DNA of 64,000 nt. Origin: Dicyema japonicum (taxonomy: Eukaryota; Animalia; Dicyemida). Below the pieces are notes generated by a model. It was not told the origin of the DNA and made no database searches. It saw only the letters and a program-made list of their open reading frames with translations. Positions 51,671 through 64,000 of this stretch are shown in pieces; the first letter of the stretch is position 1; every line of letters starts with the position of its first letter. Location of the stretch: the NCBI GenBank assembly GCA_011109175.1, contig RDEW01000041.1:62001-126000 (forward strand). The letters run 5' to 3'. The position numbers and the translations under genes were made by a program.

Positions 51671-52029
51671 CAACCCAAATCGCAAACACATAGAAAATCG
51701 TTATTTATTTATTTTAAAAAAATAAACTAAGATCAATAAATATCTCGAGGAGGTTAGATATCACCTATATTTTAAGCTTAGAAAAATCACAAGTCAAATC
51801 TATATTCCTTGTAATGGCGTATTCTCTTATTATCACGAATAAACACAGAGCCTTCAATTACAGGAGAGTCATTGCTTGTATAACTGTCCATTATGTATAG
51901 CGGTCGATATAATATTGAAGAAAAAACATGAACAGATGTTGAGCGAAACCTCAATTTGTTCTTGGGACAACATTAATACCACTCTCTGTTGTAGTCTCTA
52001 AGTGACTACACGGTCTTTGCAGAAAAGTC

Positions 52030-52430
52030 CATTTAACAACGAGCATCTGTGCTTTAGATTGATACCACATCACGTGCAGCTTCTGACATGCGATCACACA
52101 AATTCTTCCAATTTTGAACTGGATGATATTCAACCTGGATCATACGTGCACCCAAGGCTTCCTTTGTTCATAATTTTGAGTTCCCAGCGTCTCTTAGTCC
52201 ATCACGATCGATTTGCATTATTGAGGGCAAAGTTGTTCGTGGCTTCTTTTTAAAAGCCCCTGAGCAGAGGAAGTATAATTCTATAATATCGTATGCAGGA
52301 ACGACATGATTCATCCGTAATATGTGTCCATATAATCCGCATAGGGTGTTGTAATAATAAGTACGATTTCTCAGGGGTGTGTTTTAGACATACGTGCAAT
52401 TGAGGGACGTCACCACCTCAGCCAATTTTG
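52030..52430 (-). mobile_element. Bipartite (internally deleted) RTE derivative
   Basis: 5' motif plus ATGTCT, joined within ~50 nt to RLYGHILRMN...KPRTTLP...WKNL. Confidence 0.6.
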
Positions 52431-53639
52431 GTACAAACATACTAAAAATAAGTATATTGTAATTATTATTTTATTTATGTAAATTTAAATCGATAAAATT
52501 TATTAATTTGAAATTATATACCAATTTTGTTTTAAAATAAAAAATGAATTTAGACGTCATGGCCGCCGGTATATAAAAGTTTAAGTATTCCCACAATGGT
52601 GAATATGGATGGACGTGATGCTTGGGGAGGATGTGCCCCACTTTTACCGTGGAACTAGATAAAATTTCTTTCAGTTATATCCGATTATAATAGTGACGTA
52701 ATTAGGAAATCAAGCATTTCATAAAGACTTTTGTTGGAAGAGGATGAGTTTGATCTCTTTAGCTAAGGGAAAACTCTCCTACAGGCCAGTTGTCCCCGAA
52801 TTCGCATATAAAAATAGACACAACCTCATTCCAATTAACCACTTTTGAGGGACAATGATGATTTCATTATGTAAGGTAAATTTTATTTTTCGACAAAAAG
52901 GATAGCTATGGATTTTAGAGAAAAATCATCTAGAGACTATCTCTGGTCATAAGTGGTAATCAAGGCCACGTTGTGGTTTTTTTAACCGCATTTCTAATGT
53001 CGTTTACATTTAGGTTAGGGTTAAACTAGGGTTAGAGACATTCTAAATTGTCCACGAAATATAAGAGAGTACTATGGTTTGAGTATAAGACAAATCATCC
53101 TTGTACATTCCACTGTGTGTTCAGTTTCAAGGTTTTGAGATTAGAGACTCAGTTCGAACCAACATGATGTCTGATGAAGAGTTTATCTCTGATTCCAGTC
53201 AAATTGTCGAACTGATATGTGGTGGTTCCGAGGACATTTCATTGGATTCAGGACGATGAGATACTAGCAGAAATGGTAGTAGTGCAGCACAAGGGAAACG
53301 ATAAATATTCATATATTTATGGGAAACGTGGCAGTGTTTTCAACTGACTCAACCAATGCCACTCCCGGGTGGTATCTGTAGCTAATTAACCACGTCAACC
53401 CACATTCAAACTCAAATAGTTTTTCTGGATTTCTCAATTTCTTCCTGGTGTATGTCAATTGTACAAAATGGTTGATGTTTATAAGGACATCTGTTATCAG
53501 CTGGGTCATCTCAGTAGAACCTCGCTCGTTGTGGCACACTTCAGTTAAAACTGGAATCTCACTGATTTGTAATGTTTTATAAATATTGAATCAGAATAAC
53601 TCCCGTGAGAGATTGGCATGGATCTGTTCCTACATTCAT

Positions 53640-54460
53640 TCGACAATCTTAATATATTTTTAAATACTAAATGTTCCATTTGTTTCTGAAGATGTTGAAA
53701 TTCTTCATCTCAAGAACTTACCAAATGCCTTTTCTAAATGGTTCTTAGTTGTCAACCAACTGAATATACAAAACTTGTACGAGTTGTACGCACTTACGAT
53801 GAATCATGGAGAAGGCATAAAAAAGTTGGTTCACTACTTGGAGACTCAGAAGATGTTACCCACAGAAAAATCCTTTCCACTGCTGCATATAAAAAATTCT
53901 TAACTATCTGGCGTTCTAAGAAAAGCATAACTACGAATACAAAGCTAAAATTGTTTAAAACATTAGTGGTTCCAGTCCTGACATACAACTATGGGACATG
54001 GGGGATTACGAAACGGGAAATGGACAATCTAGATCAATTTCATAGAAATCAACTAAGAAACATCTTGAGAATACATTTCCCGAAAAAGATATCAAATTCA
54101 GAACTGTACAAAAGATGTGGCTTAAGGCCATTATCAGAGGAGATTCTCAAGGCTAGGTGGAGACTTTTTGGTCACATCTTACGAATGGATATGTTGACTT
54201 CACCAAACATTGCAATGGAGAACTATTTCGCACAACTGAAGGGATCGTTCCGTGGCAGGCCTAGAGTGACGTTGCCTTCATACTAAATGATGACCTAATC
54301 CGAATAAACAAAACTCTACGAAATGGTGAAGATCTTGACTCACTACGAGCAATGGCCCGGAACAGGGGAACATGGAAGAGGATGTGTGGGAGGATACTGG
54401 ACGTGGCACAAGGGGAACTTAATTAATCTAATTAATTTTTGATTTCCCGGGAGTGCTTAA
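53640..54460 (+). mobile_element. RTE-family 3' half
   Basis: 182-aa ORF WRRHKKVGSLLGDSEDV...LTYNYGTWG...RWRLFGHILRM...FRGRPRVTLP; ends GGGAGTGCTTAA. Confidence 0.9.
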
Positions 54461-54724
54461 AAAATGTTGCACTGAGAAATAAATTTCATAGTTAAAGGAA
54501 AACCGAGAATTCTCAGTATTCAATCTCTGCGGGGGAAATAGGCCTGAATAGAGACCAAAGAGGTCCCCCGAGTGAGACGTTGAGAAAACGGGTTCATTAA
54601 CTGTAATGTTAATTTACATGATTATTTTGTATATTTGAAAATTATAAAATCAAATATTTATAAAAATCAAAACACTACAAAATTAATGACAATGTCTGAG
54701 AGCCACAAATCTATAGTTAGTTCA

Positions 54725-54785
54725 CTCCCACGTTACCCATAAGCATATGAATACTTGGGGTTCCGCTCGTGCTCTTTAGACTTTA
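54725..54785 (-). mobile_element. RTE-family 3' tip
   Basis: Reverse complement reads GCACGAGCGGAACCCCAAGTATTCATATGCTTATGGGTAACGTGGGAGTG. Confidence 0.75.
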
Positions 54786-55828
54786 ATAGCCAATTTTATT
54801 TGTAGATAATTATCAGATAAAAGTCAATTTTTTGTGACAAGAGATTGAGTGGAAGGCGAACCAATCCTTATGCTACTGGTATTTTGTTCTTTTGGAATCT
54901 TTGCAGTACTTGCTGCGGAAACCATAAACAACAATAATTTGAGATTTGTTTTTGAGAAAGTATGCTTCACGTTGAGTTCAAAGCGAGACATTTTTATTAG
55001 TAATTTAATATCAAGGCTATGATTCCTCTAATCCAGTATTTGGTACCGTATAATTTAAAAATTGATTTACTCAAATTGATTTCTGATAAATCACAGAATT
55101 GTCCACTGGAAAATTTAACAAAAAAATAACGTATTTTCATTCGACTCACCTGGGCATCGAGATGTACCCCATTTGGTGCCCTTTAGTTTTACATAAAATT
55201 TCGCGTTTTTTATTTTTTCCACCAAACATCTTTTAAGCTTCCAACTAAATTATTCCGTACTGTCTATTTCATATTGGTTTTGTGGCGACAAATTGTCTTT
55301 TTCCGAATCGGGAAGTATAACAATTCGAGGACAGAATATCAAAGATAAAGCGAAAACCACAACAGAACTAAAGAAATTGGAATTTTGGCAATCCCGGAAT
55401 CCTTGAAATAGGTTTTATCCAGTAATGAGACTCCCTTTCTCAACATCACGTCCTTTTAACGAATCTGCCATCATGGTACCCACTCCACTGAAATAGTAAA
55501 GAGAGGGATATTTTTTGTTCGCAGGCATTGAGTGTCTCCTGAGTTAAGTGGATCTTACAACGCTTCTAAGAATAGAAGGCAAAGAGCAGAAAAGAAATCT
55601 TTAGACAAAATGATAAGAGAGACCACATCCCTAAATGCGTGCTATTCCCCCTGGATTGTGTGGGAAATCCTATCAACCTCAATGAGGGAAAAATTGATTT
55701 TCAAGTCAGACAAGTAATTAAAATTAAATAATCTGACAAATTCCCATCAGAAATAAGCTCATAAATTTTAAAACTAATTCTAATAATTCGATATTTCACG
55801 GTAATATGATCGTAAATTAGTAATTTAA

Positions 55829-56563
55829 ATGACAATAACGTCTGTGAATGACAATACGAGTCCAATGTGGTTTAATGATTACGTGGTGGAGCCACTGTCT
55901 CTCTCTGAAGATATGTCAAATTTACAAGACAGATGCTTCTTTGATGGAGATTGGGTAAATTATTCCGAGAGTCCTTCCCATTTATATTGTGAATCCATTT
56001 TCAATGACATTCCATTTTCGCATTTTGTACAATCGCCAAAAGAATATCCGGATCTACTTCCAAGTAGTTTTATGGATATTCGAGGTTTCAATAATTTTCA
56101 ATATTTTATTTGATTAATTCATTTAATTTACATAATATTTAAATTAGGCTTTGAAGTGCCCAACACTACTTTAAAAGTGCCCGCCACTTCAAATATTCAA
56201 TTAGTGAAGAGTCCTCAGATTAACTTCAAAAAAAACTTCTATGACGAATTGGGATTGTCTGGCAACTTTTCTGTTGAATATTCTCAAAAAACAAGGAATT
56301 TAAAGGAGAAGAAGAGAAGGAAGAAGATAAACAGACTCACTGAAAAACTCAGAGCGATTTTACCCAGTTCTAATATTTCTTCAAAACCGACAAAGAAGAA
56401 GATCCTACAGGGAGCTACCGACTTCATAAAGGAAAAATCTTCAGAAAACCAACGGAAATTTAACCTTCTAATGCAGATTACCCAACAACTTGTAGAAAAG
56501 TCTAAAAAATTAATAAAAGTAAACAATTGGAATGATCTAGAACATTCTAGAAAAAGTGAATGA
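55829..56563 (+). CDS. bHLH transcription factor, ~223 aa (intron 56085-56147; possible second intron 56519-56540 would move the stop to 56567)
   Basis: RNLKEKKRRKKINRLTEKLRAILP...KPTKKKILQGATDFIKE; a 63-nt GT-AG intron joins the two ORFs in frame. Confidence 0.8.
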
Positions 56564-57374
56564 ATAACATAATGTTAATTAACCACACTACCGTTTACTT
56601 AATAAATAGTTTCATTTAACTTTGCATGCTAATTTTTTTAGACTTGTAGTAATATTACTTGGACTTTAATTATCGCTGTTATTGCCGAATGACTAAGATA
56701 ACTGTGATATTCCGCTTATTTGTATAACAAAAGTTTACATTAAGCTATTTGAGTGGTTATGAATGAAACTTGGGAATTGGTAGTTTATGCCTTTGGGTTG
56801 TGTGATACACCTGGATTCCGACCATGTGTCACCTGAATTAGGTGTACCCTATAAGTGGCACGATAAATGATCGTTGCTATCCCCCAGACCTACATGGAAT
56901 GGAGTTAATCAGTTGTCATTGCGTAATCAATTTGGATATTATTGATTAGATTTGATAATTCATGTTAATTCATAATTCTCAGCAATTGAAATTAAGACTA
57001 ATTAGTACTCACGCACTTCCACCCATAGCGGAGATTTTGGTCAGTAGGTTTTCAAGAGGACACTCCCTTTAGGGGATGGACTTTCAAGGGATCTTTCAAA
57101 TGTCTCAATTACCCCAGTAGCACTTGATTAATGACATGTCATAACAAGAATAAGATGGACTTGATGACATACCCCAATTCAATTGTTGACTCAAAGTGGG
57201 GGGACATACCAAAAAGACCAATAGATCTTGGAAGATCAATGAATCTCACAATATGAGAAACTAAGAAATTTAGATACTAAATCACATTTTGTTCACTATT
57301 AGAAAACGGAGATGGTGACGTACCTTTATTGATTGTCTACTTGCTGAACCCCCACCTTCCTTCTTCGTTTGCGC

Positions 57375-57868
57375 ATGGACGAGATGACGGGGAGACATCG
57401 GAAACCCAATTCTGGACAAGGAAAGTGGCAGATGGTTAATCACATTTCTCCAAATTGGAAGAACTCAGAAAATCAAAAGGTTTGAATTTGTTGTAATTTA
57501 GGGAGTAACTCAGGGTTCCTTGCACTCGAAAAGGTAATTCCATTCCAGAAAGCATGTTTATGTCAAGTTGTCTAATATTTTATCCCTCACCAACTCCATT
57601 AGTGAACATTATGAAAACTTTTCAGCCAAAGAATGTCCGCGACGGTAGGATGCGTGATGAAAATAGAAGAGAGTGGACTTACTTCTCCACCTCTCTTCAG
57701 GAGGGGAAGGCTTTAAAGACTATTGGAGGATGGAGACGAGCAGGGTTTTTCCCTTTGGTTCTTGTTGAATACAAAATGCACGTGGTTTTATATAACCGAA
57801 AGAAAAAAATATTTAGTCAACGTCCAATTAAGTTCCTCCGATTGAAGAGGGATGTTTCCTATCCATAA
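57375..57868 (+). other. Possible orphan multi-exon gene
   Basis: GT-AG candidates of 22 nt (57480-57501) and 19 nt link an ATG exon to the 104-aa ORF; an alternative path uses another 22-nt candidate; no homology recognised. Confidence 0.25.
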
Positions 57869-58129
57869 ACATCACGTACTTTCTAGATATCCACCATTGT
57901 GGGAACCCCTCTACTGGAGTAGAAAAAATGAGATCCTTGGAATAACCACTTACTTTATTTACAAAAACAACCACCTATTATCACCACCGACAACACTTAG
58001 AAACAGAGTCAATTAAGGTTCCCCTTTCCGCATCAACCACTCTTCCAAAGTCCCCTCTTTTTCGCAAGTTCTCTTAATTCATTGAGATTTTGCTTTAAAG
58101 TTAAACGTTGAATATTTTGTATTTATAAT

Positions 58130-59162
58130 CTTACTCTCAGGAGACGCCCGGTTCCTAGCTGTCATCCAAAAAGGATCTCTCTTTTTTAATTTACTGGAGG
58201 GATTCCCGATCGTGGGAACCGGATATACCTTAGACATTAATTAACCTCTTTTCGATTTATGGGGGTTATTAAATATATATCTTAAGTTTTTATGCATAAA
58301 ATTTGAGTGAATGAAAAAATTAACAAGGATAGTGAATTAGGTAGGAATCTTGGGATAAAATCGGCCTTGTCTTGGAGGGCCTGGACTTTTCCCTCCTCAG
58401 TCTCTAGTTTTTTTCAATAACATCTTTCGATTCTTACTCAGTTCTGTTCAATTAGCATCTACTCGGTTTTACTTGTTCTAGAATGATCTTCTTCTTTCTC
58501 GAAGTGAAAACCACCCACCGCATCCATAAAGTGAAAGATAGAGGAAAGGCCTAATTCCAACATTTTAAATTTTTAAGGTCAATAAAATTGTCCTGTGATC
58601 ACATAATAGCTTGTAAAACTAATAACTCTCTTGTTCTTCCCCATGAGAGCCTTTTTAAGCTTCTAAAATTTGTGGCAGAAGGGATTCAAACCCAAATATT
58701 GGTTTATGCTTATTTTTGAAAGTTTGCATATTTAATATCTCCCCAATCCATTCTGGAAAGACCAGTGGTTACTCCCATTTTTAGACGTATGCAAGTCCTT
58801 CATGGGCAATGCAAATGTCATGATCTTCCACATTGAAGTTATCTGCAATCGAGGAGACTGCAATGAGGTTAATTGGACCAGATCACAAAATCCTACCTAT
58901 TGAAAATTTTTTAATTGAAATACAACGAAAACTATTAAAGGAGGCTGTTCTACGAGCTGCCCTCTATTCCAAATACTATCGAATTATCTACAATCATACA
59001 GAAATTGTGAGCCGATGCCATGTCCTATGAGAAGAGCTGTTCAGGATTCTCGACCCCGCGGACTCGTCTCACCTTTGTCGGTCTGGGATCACTTAGTTAG
59101 ATGAGAACTTTTATTTCTTTCTCTTTGACTCAGTGATCCTGGGGGTAATAATAATAATAATA
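58130..59162 (+). mobile_element. Two family C 3' fragments (58130-58270; 58800-59162)
   Basis: GGAGACGCCC...ACTGGAGGGATT; KLSAIEETAMRLI...ACTTAGTTAG...GTGATCCTGGGGG(TAA)n. Confidence 0.65.
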
Positions 59163-59809
59163 GGAAAAGAAAATATTATGTTCACTAAAATTATGCAATG
59201 GTGCACCAGACTTAGCTACCAGTTCAACCCCGCTTAATCAACACTTGGTTATTCGGTTGTGTTACTATTTTCTTTCAGTGAGAATCTTTCTGATCATTAA
59301 TGCACGTGGACATGCTTGAATTTTCAGGATTTTGAAGAACTAATGAAATAGTGAATCTACAAAAAATGGGTTCACGTGGCTGAAAATGAACAACACTTCC
59401 AATATTCAATCAATCAAATCACCGTACAGTTCAATTTCTCACATATTCAGTTGTTGACAAAAAAAGTGTGATAGTAAGCCAAAAAATTATCTCCTAGTCT
59501 ATTCGGGGACAGAGTGTTCAATGAAAACTTGAGACCCGTTTTTGCCTAACAAATTTTGAGGTCCAGAAATGAAATCTCTTCCGTTCGCAATATTGATTAA
59601 CAAACTACTTTTTTTAATTTACTCATTTATTATTAGAAACATAAAATCGTTTGAGTTATGACACGTGCAAGTCTGATTGATTCTATTACTCATAGCTCAC
59701 ACTCTCTTTAAAGTCAGAACTTCTTAAATAACCAAAATCTTCTTCATCCCTCAATACTCTTTTTACAGGAAACAGATAGCTAGTAAGAACTTCAGGAGAC
59801 GCCGCAGCT

Positions 59810-59990
59810 ACAAGCACTCCCGCGTTACCCAGGAGAATGTGAATACTTAGAGTTCCGCTTGTGCTGTGGTCTCTGCTATCAGTTCTACCAGTTTTATCCA
59901 TATAACTTTGCTCCTTGTACGCTTTCGTATTAATCGAGGTAGTCCGCTGTTCTCATTTCAATTTTAGCCTAATCTAGATCCAGACAGAGG
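59810..59990 (-). mobile_element. RTE-family 3' tip
   Basis: WIKLVELIAETTAQAEL* then GGGTAACGCGGGAGTGCTT. Confidence 0.75.
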
Positions 59991-60226
59991 AAGAGTAGTC
60001 CATCAAAGCCCTCAGTTACATTTTGATTGAAAACATAAGGTTATACGGTGTCACCACATGCCCAAATAGTGGACAGCACGAGTTTATCACGTTCCCGCAG
60101 GTTGAATAATAATATATTACTCCACTCATTTGTTAATAAATATTACAGATTATTTATTTAAATATTTTAAAACTGTTGTTGTTACTATTATTATTATAAT
60201 AATAATAAAACTGTTGTTGTGGGTCC

Positions 60227-60852
60227 ATGGCAAAAAGGATACTTTCAAATAAGCTTCCTCCAAACGATTATGAAAACATGAAACTGCGCGACATAACCCA
60301 TCTAGGAATAATATCCGTCTCCTCAGCAAAGAAAAGTACCATATAACAAAAAACCAAAGCACATGACGTCGGCTGTATGATCGACGGAAATCTAGAGACA
60401 TACTGGCAGAGCGACGGGACCAAGCCTCATCTAATCAACTTCCAGTTTAGCCATCGAATCGCCATCGTCGACGTCTGCCTCTTCGTGGATTTTAAACGTG
60501 ATGAGAGCTACACCCCCTCTCAGTATTCTATTCACTTACAAAGAGAATTCTGCTCTACTCAGGGTCCAGCTATGATTCACTTACCAAAGTCTACGACCAT
60601 AAAATGAAAGGCTTCTCAGGATGGGCGGTGATCCCTATTACTGCGGAGAATGGAGAACTCCACAAGACCTTTATAATTCAGGTGCATGTGAGTTTGACGG
60701 TTTCCTAGATAAGGATTGAAGAGAATGAGAGTAAAGGGAGGAAAGTGAATATTAGGCAGATCATGATTAGGGGGCCTGCTCTAAATTATGTTAATTTCGA
60801 TGATTTGGAGTTTACGACTGTTGAATTGTCACAGTTTTGTACTATTAGATGA
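60227..60852 (+). CDS. ANAPC10: Anaphase-promoting complex subunit 10 (DOC1), 183 aa, 3 introns
   Basis: LETYWQSDG.KPHLIN.QF, DESYTPS, SGW..IP, TFIIQI, NIRQI, F.TIR* terminus. Introns 60336-60359, 60523-60545 and 60682(or 60688)-60708. Confidence 0.95.
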
Positions 60853-61562
60853 TTTTTTTAATAAAATTTGGGTTTACGGCTGTTGAATCTCCCTGTACTG
60901 TACAATATACCACGCGGTCCCTAAGTTAGAAATGACCCCCAGAATCTCATTTTGACATTACTAAACGATTGATCATTTTAACATTAATATAAAAAATTAA
61001 AATTATTTCCGTTTGGGGCTCTACCCACGTGGCTTCTCCTCTATGGGATTCCTTCCCGAGTTATTCTCCTCATTTCAATTCTCAAGCGAATGTGCCCTTT
61101 TCTTAGTAGTGCTTTTTTGATCGTTTGACTTGAGTATTTTGGAGTAAGATCAGGAATCAACTCGTAGAGTAGAATTAGAGGTGGGTAACATGGTCCTGTC
61201 TCAAAATAAATCCTAGTACTGGACGTTACAGTGCATCACAGAAGCCCTGATAGAATGATAGAAGCTAAGGAATAAACTATATAAATAAAAAATTTGACCA
61301 ATTATCGAGCAGAGGAAATAAAACCTAAAACCATCTTTATAGTATGACATCTAATAACCACTAAACTGCTCAGTCCCCAGTCGTAATTAATTTACCATCT
61401 CGATAAGAATGGATTTGGAGACATTTTATCAGAAGAAACAATTTCAAAATGTTGTTAACAACAGTTGAAGTTAACATTAATTATAAAAATAAATTAAACT
61501 AAATAATAAAATTTAAAATAATATTAATTGCTTGCTTTTTCATTTCATTGTTGTGTGTCACC

Positions 61563-62861
61563 ATGAGTTTCAACAAAAATGAAGATATTTTTGAAACCAG
61601 CGAGGACGTGGTTTTTGTTCAAAACTTTGACAAGATGAACATCCAACCCCAAGTCCTCCGTGGCATTTACGCCTATGGTACCTCTCCAACTAATCGTAGG
61701 CATGGAAAAGCCTTCCACAGTGCAGAAGGCCTTGATCCACAGCATGATCGCCGGCCGAGACATCATTGCTCAGTACTTGTCCTTCTAATTTCAGAGCCCA
61801 GTCTGGAACGGGGAAGACCTCAGCCTTTTCTATAGGAGCCGTAAACGCCGTGGACATCAAATTCAAAGACGTCCAAGTGTTAGTAATGTCTCCAACCCGT
61901 GAACTCGCCCAACAAATTCAGAGAGTCTGTTTGGCCATCGGTTCCTACAAGAATATCCGTGCTCACTCATGCATTGGAGGTACTTCCATCGGAGAGGACA
62001 TCAAGAAGTTCGGGGAGGGTCAACACGTGGTCTCGGGGACTCCTGGACGAATAATCGACATGATAACACGTGGATACCTCAACACAGCTTCAATCCGTCT
62101 GTTCATAATAGACGAGGCCGACCAGATGCTCAGTGACAGTATCACGTGTGTCTAACTATTTCAGATTTCAAGCCACAGATCTACGAGACCTATCGGTCCC
62201 TTCCCCCACAAACACAGGTGGTCATAGTGTCCGCGACGATGATGCCGGATGTCCTGCATCTGACTTCTAAGTTCATGACAAATCCGCTTAGAATACTAGT
62301 GAAGAGGTGGGGGTTTCCCTGATTTCAGAGACGAGTTGACGTTGGAGGAGATTTCCCAGTACTTCATAAATGTGGGTACCGAACCCAACAAGTTTGAGAC
62401 TCTGATGGACATTTACGACACACTGACTGTCTCTCAGGCGGTCATTTTCTGCAATTCACGTGCTAAGGTGGAATGGCTTGCCGATAAGTTAACGGCAAAC
62501 AACTTTACGGTGACTTACATGCACGGAGATACTCCCCAAAGGGAAAGGGAGGAGTTAATGAAGTCGTTTCGTTGTGTGGACACGCGTGTGTTGGTATCAA
62601 CAGATTTGTGGTCACGTGGAATAGACGTACAGCAGATATCGTTGGTGGTGAACTACGACCTCCCTCAGTCTAGGGAGACATATATTCACAGAATTGGGAG
62701 AGCTGGTAGATTCGGAAGGAAGGGAGTGGCCATAAACTTTGTGACGAATGATGAGATGATAATATTGAGGGATATAGAGCAGTACTATTCTACGGAGATT
62801 GTAGAAATGCCTATGGATGGTATATTTTGTGTTATTTGTAGTTAATGATATTGTCGTGTAG
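61563..62861 (+). CDS. EIF4A3: eIF4AIII DEAD-box helicase (exon junction complex), 394 aa, 5 introns
   Basis: [70 protein letters not shown]. Introns 61678-61699, 61773-61794, 62139-62164, 62307-62328, 62820-62841. Confidence 0.96.
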
Positions 62862-64000
62862 TTAATGATATTGTCGTGTTCTTCGGTTGTATTATTGGTT
62901 TTATGGTTTATTAATTACTTATTTAATATTTTGAAAATAAATTAGAGTTGGGGGGAGACAGTTCTGTGTGGTTGTTCCCCCTCTGGATTGCTGAGATAAC
63001 CGCCATTGTTTGCGAAGGTTCTGAGATTAGGTTTTAGAAGAAATTATAGGGCAGGTCTCTGAGGTTCAATAGGTTTCCATGGGAGAGGAACAAACATTAC
63101 ATCACGTGAGAGGTCAGTATATTTACTGTGATTCAATGTCTCGACCCTTCTAGTGGCTAAGTTGTCATTAGTTTGTGCTGATTATATTAAGCACACTTGT
63201 TAAGGGGGAATTGGTAATATTCTCACTCTTATGTTAACTAGAAAAGTTTTTCATTCCTGGGCTGACTCGTTGACGTTGACCTCATATCGACAGATGAACA
63301 ATCCTTTTATAAGGCTTTCTATATTAGCTTTTTTAGTCATTAGACAACCAAAAGCCTATGGTTGATAAAATTAGCTTTTCTCATATCATCAAGGCTCAAA
63401 CTGCGATTATTTATGGTTGATAAAATTATCTTTCTCACAAGGCTCAATTTATCTTCAACTCTGTCTTGTTTATCCACGCAATCATTACATAAGCAAAAGT
63501 TCACTTCACCACTTGAGTTTTTGCCTATAGTAACGGCGGACTAGATGTCCTACCATATGCCGAATCAATGACCTCGCTTTAAGGGCCACAGGAAAATTTC
63601 TTTAAGTTTCTTACTTCACAATTATTTTTTCGGATTGAATTCACGTCTTCGTGAAACAAACGCGGAGTGGGTCCGAAAATCTTTAATTTCATTCTCTTAA
63701 CCTCTTGCTTGGGGAAAATTACCATCCAATCACAGATGGGTGAAGGGGAATCATTACCAGGTTCGCCTTTCTATTAATGACGTTGATGCTAGTATTTGTT
63801 ACTCATTCTAACCGCATCATTTTTCCCAAACATGGACTGGTAACTGCAGACTATCAATTTGAGTGGATTTACCGGTGTACTTATGGTAAAATTGCCATTG
63901 TAGTGATCGAAAGCAAAACTTTGCGGGATTCAAATCCCCTGCAATGGTTTATGCTCATATCAATTGGTTTCGTCCTCCTTATTCAAACACGTGGATCACT

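Noticed and set aside
53009-53035. TTAGGG-like sequence as an interstitial telomere or chromosome-breakage site
   Set aside because: Only about two imperfect units; expected by chance.
59686-59901. 71-aa ORF divergent from APC10
   Set aside because: Overlaps an RTE 3' tip read in another frame.

Overview
This is eukaryotic nuclear DNA: AT-rich, with a few compact host genes among dense, mostly decayed transposable elements. I reconstructed eight spliced host genes by hand: RPB9 (5' partial), O-GlcNAcase, INO80B, a Rab1/Rab8-group GTPase, a Polycomb-like chromodomain protein, a bHLH protein, APC10 and eIF4AIII. A ninth, single-exon gene encodes a TEX55/EFCAB10-like docking domain. Of 34 inferred introns, 31 are 20-27 nt long, and all seven complete spliced models give whole-codon CDS lengths in the standard code. 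Metazoan-type genes, ~24-nt introns and a cilium/sperm-type docking gene point to a reduced ciliated animal parasite such as a dicyemid; this is inference, not verified. The rest is a near-intact RTE-clade LINE with many fragments, a two-ORF I/Jockey-group LINE, Ingi/Jockey-like LINE families, many CRE-like (restriction-like endonuclease) fragments, and Tc1, pogo, hAT and DDE-integrase remnants. Highlights: (1) a viral-type 2A StopGo motif (LILCGDVESNPGP) directly before a LINE endonuclease; (2) a ~94-bp apparent target-site duplication; (3) a tail-only palindromic insertion with a 15-bp duplication in the APC10 promoter; (4) an inverted (twin-priming-like) and a bipartite RTE derivative; (5) a duplicated eIF4AIII last exon whose stop codon doubles as a splice acceptor; (6) apparently length-defined splicing. 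I recognised no rRNA, tRNA or CRISPR array. TE fragment boundaries are approximate (tens of bp).
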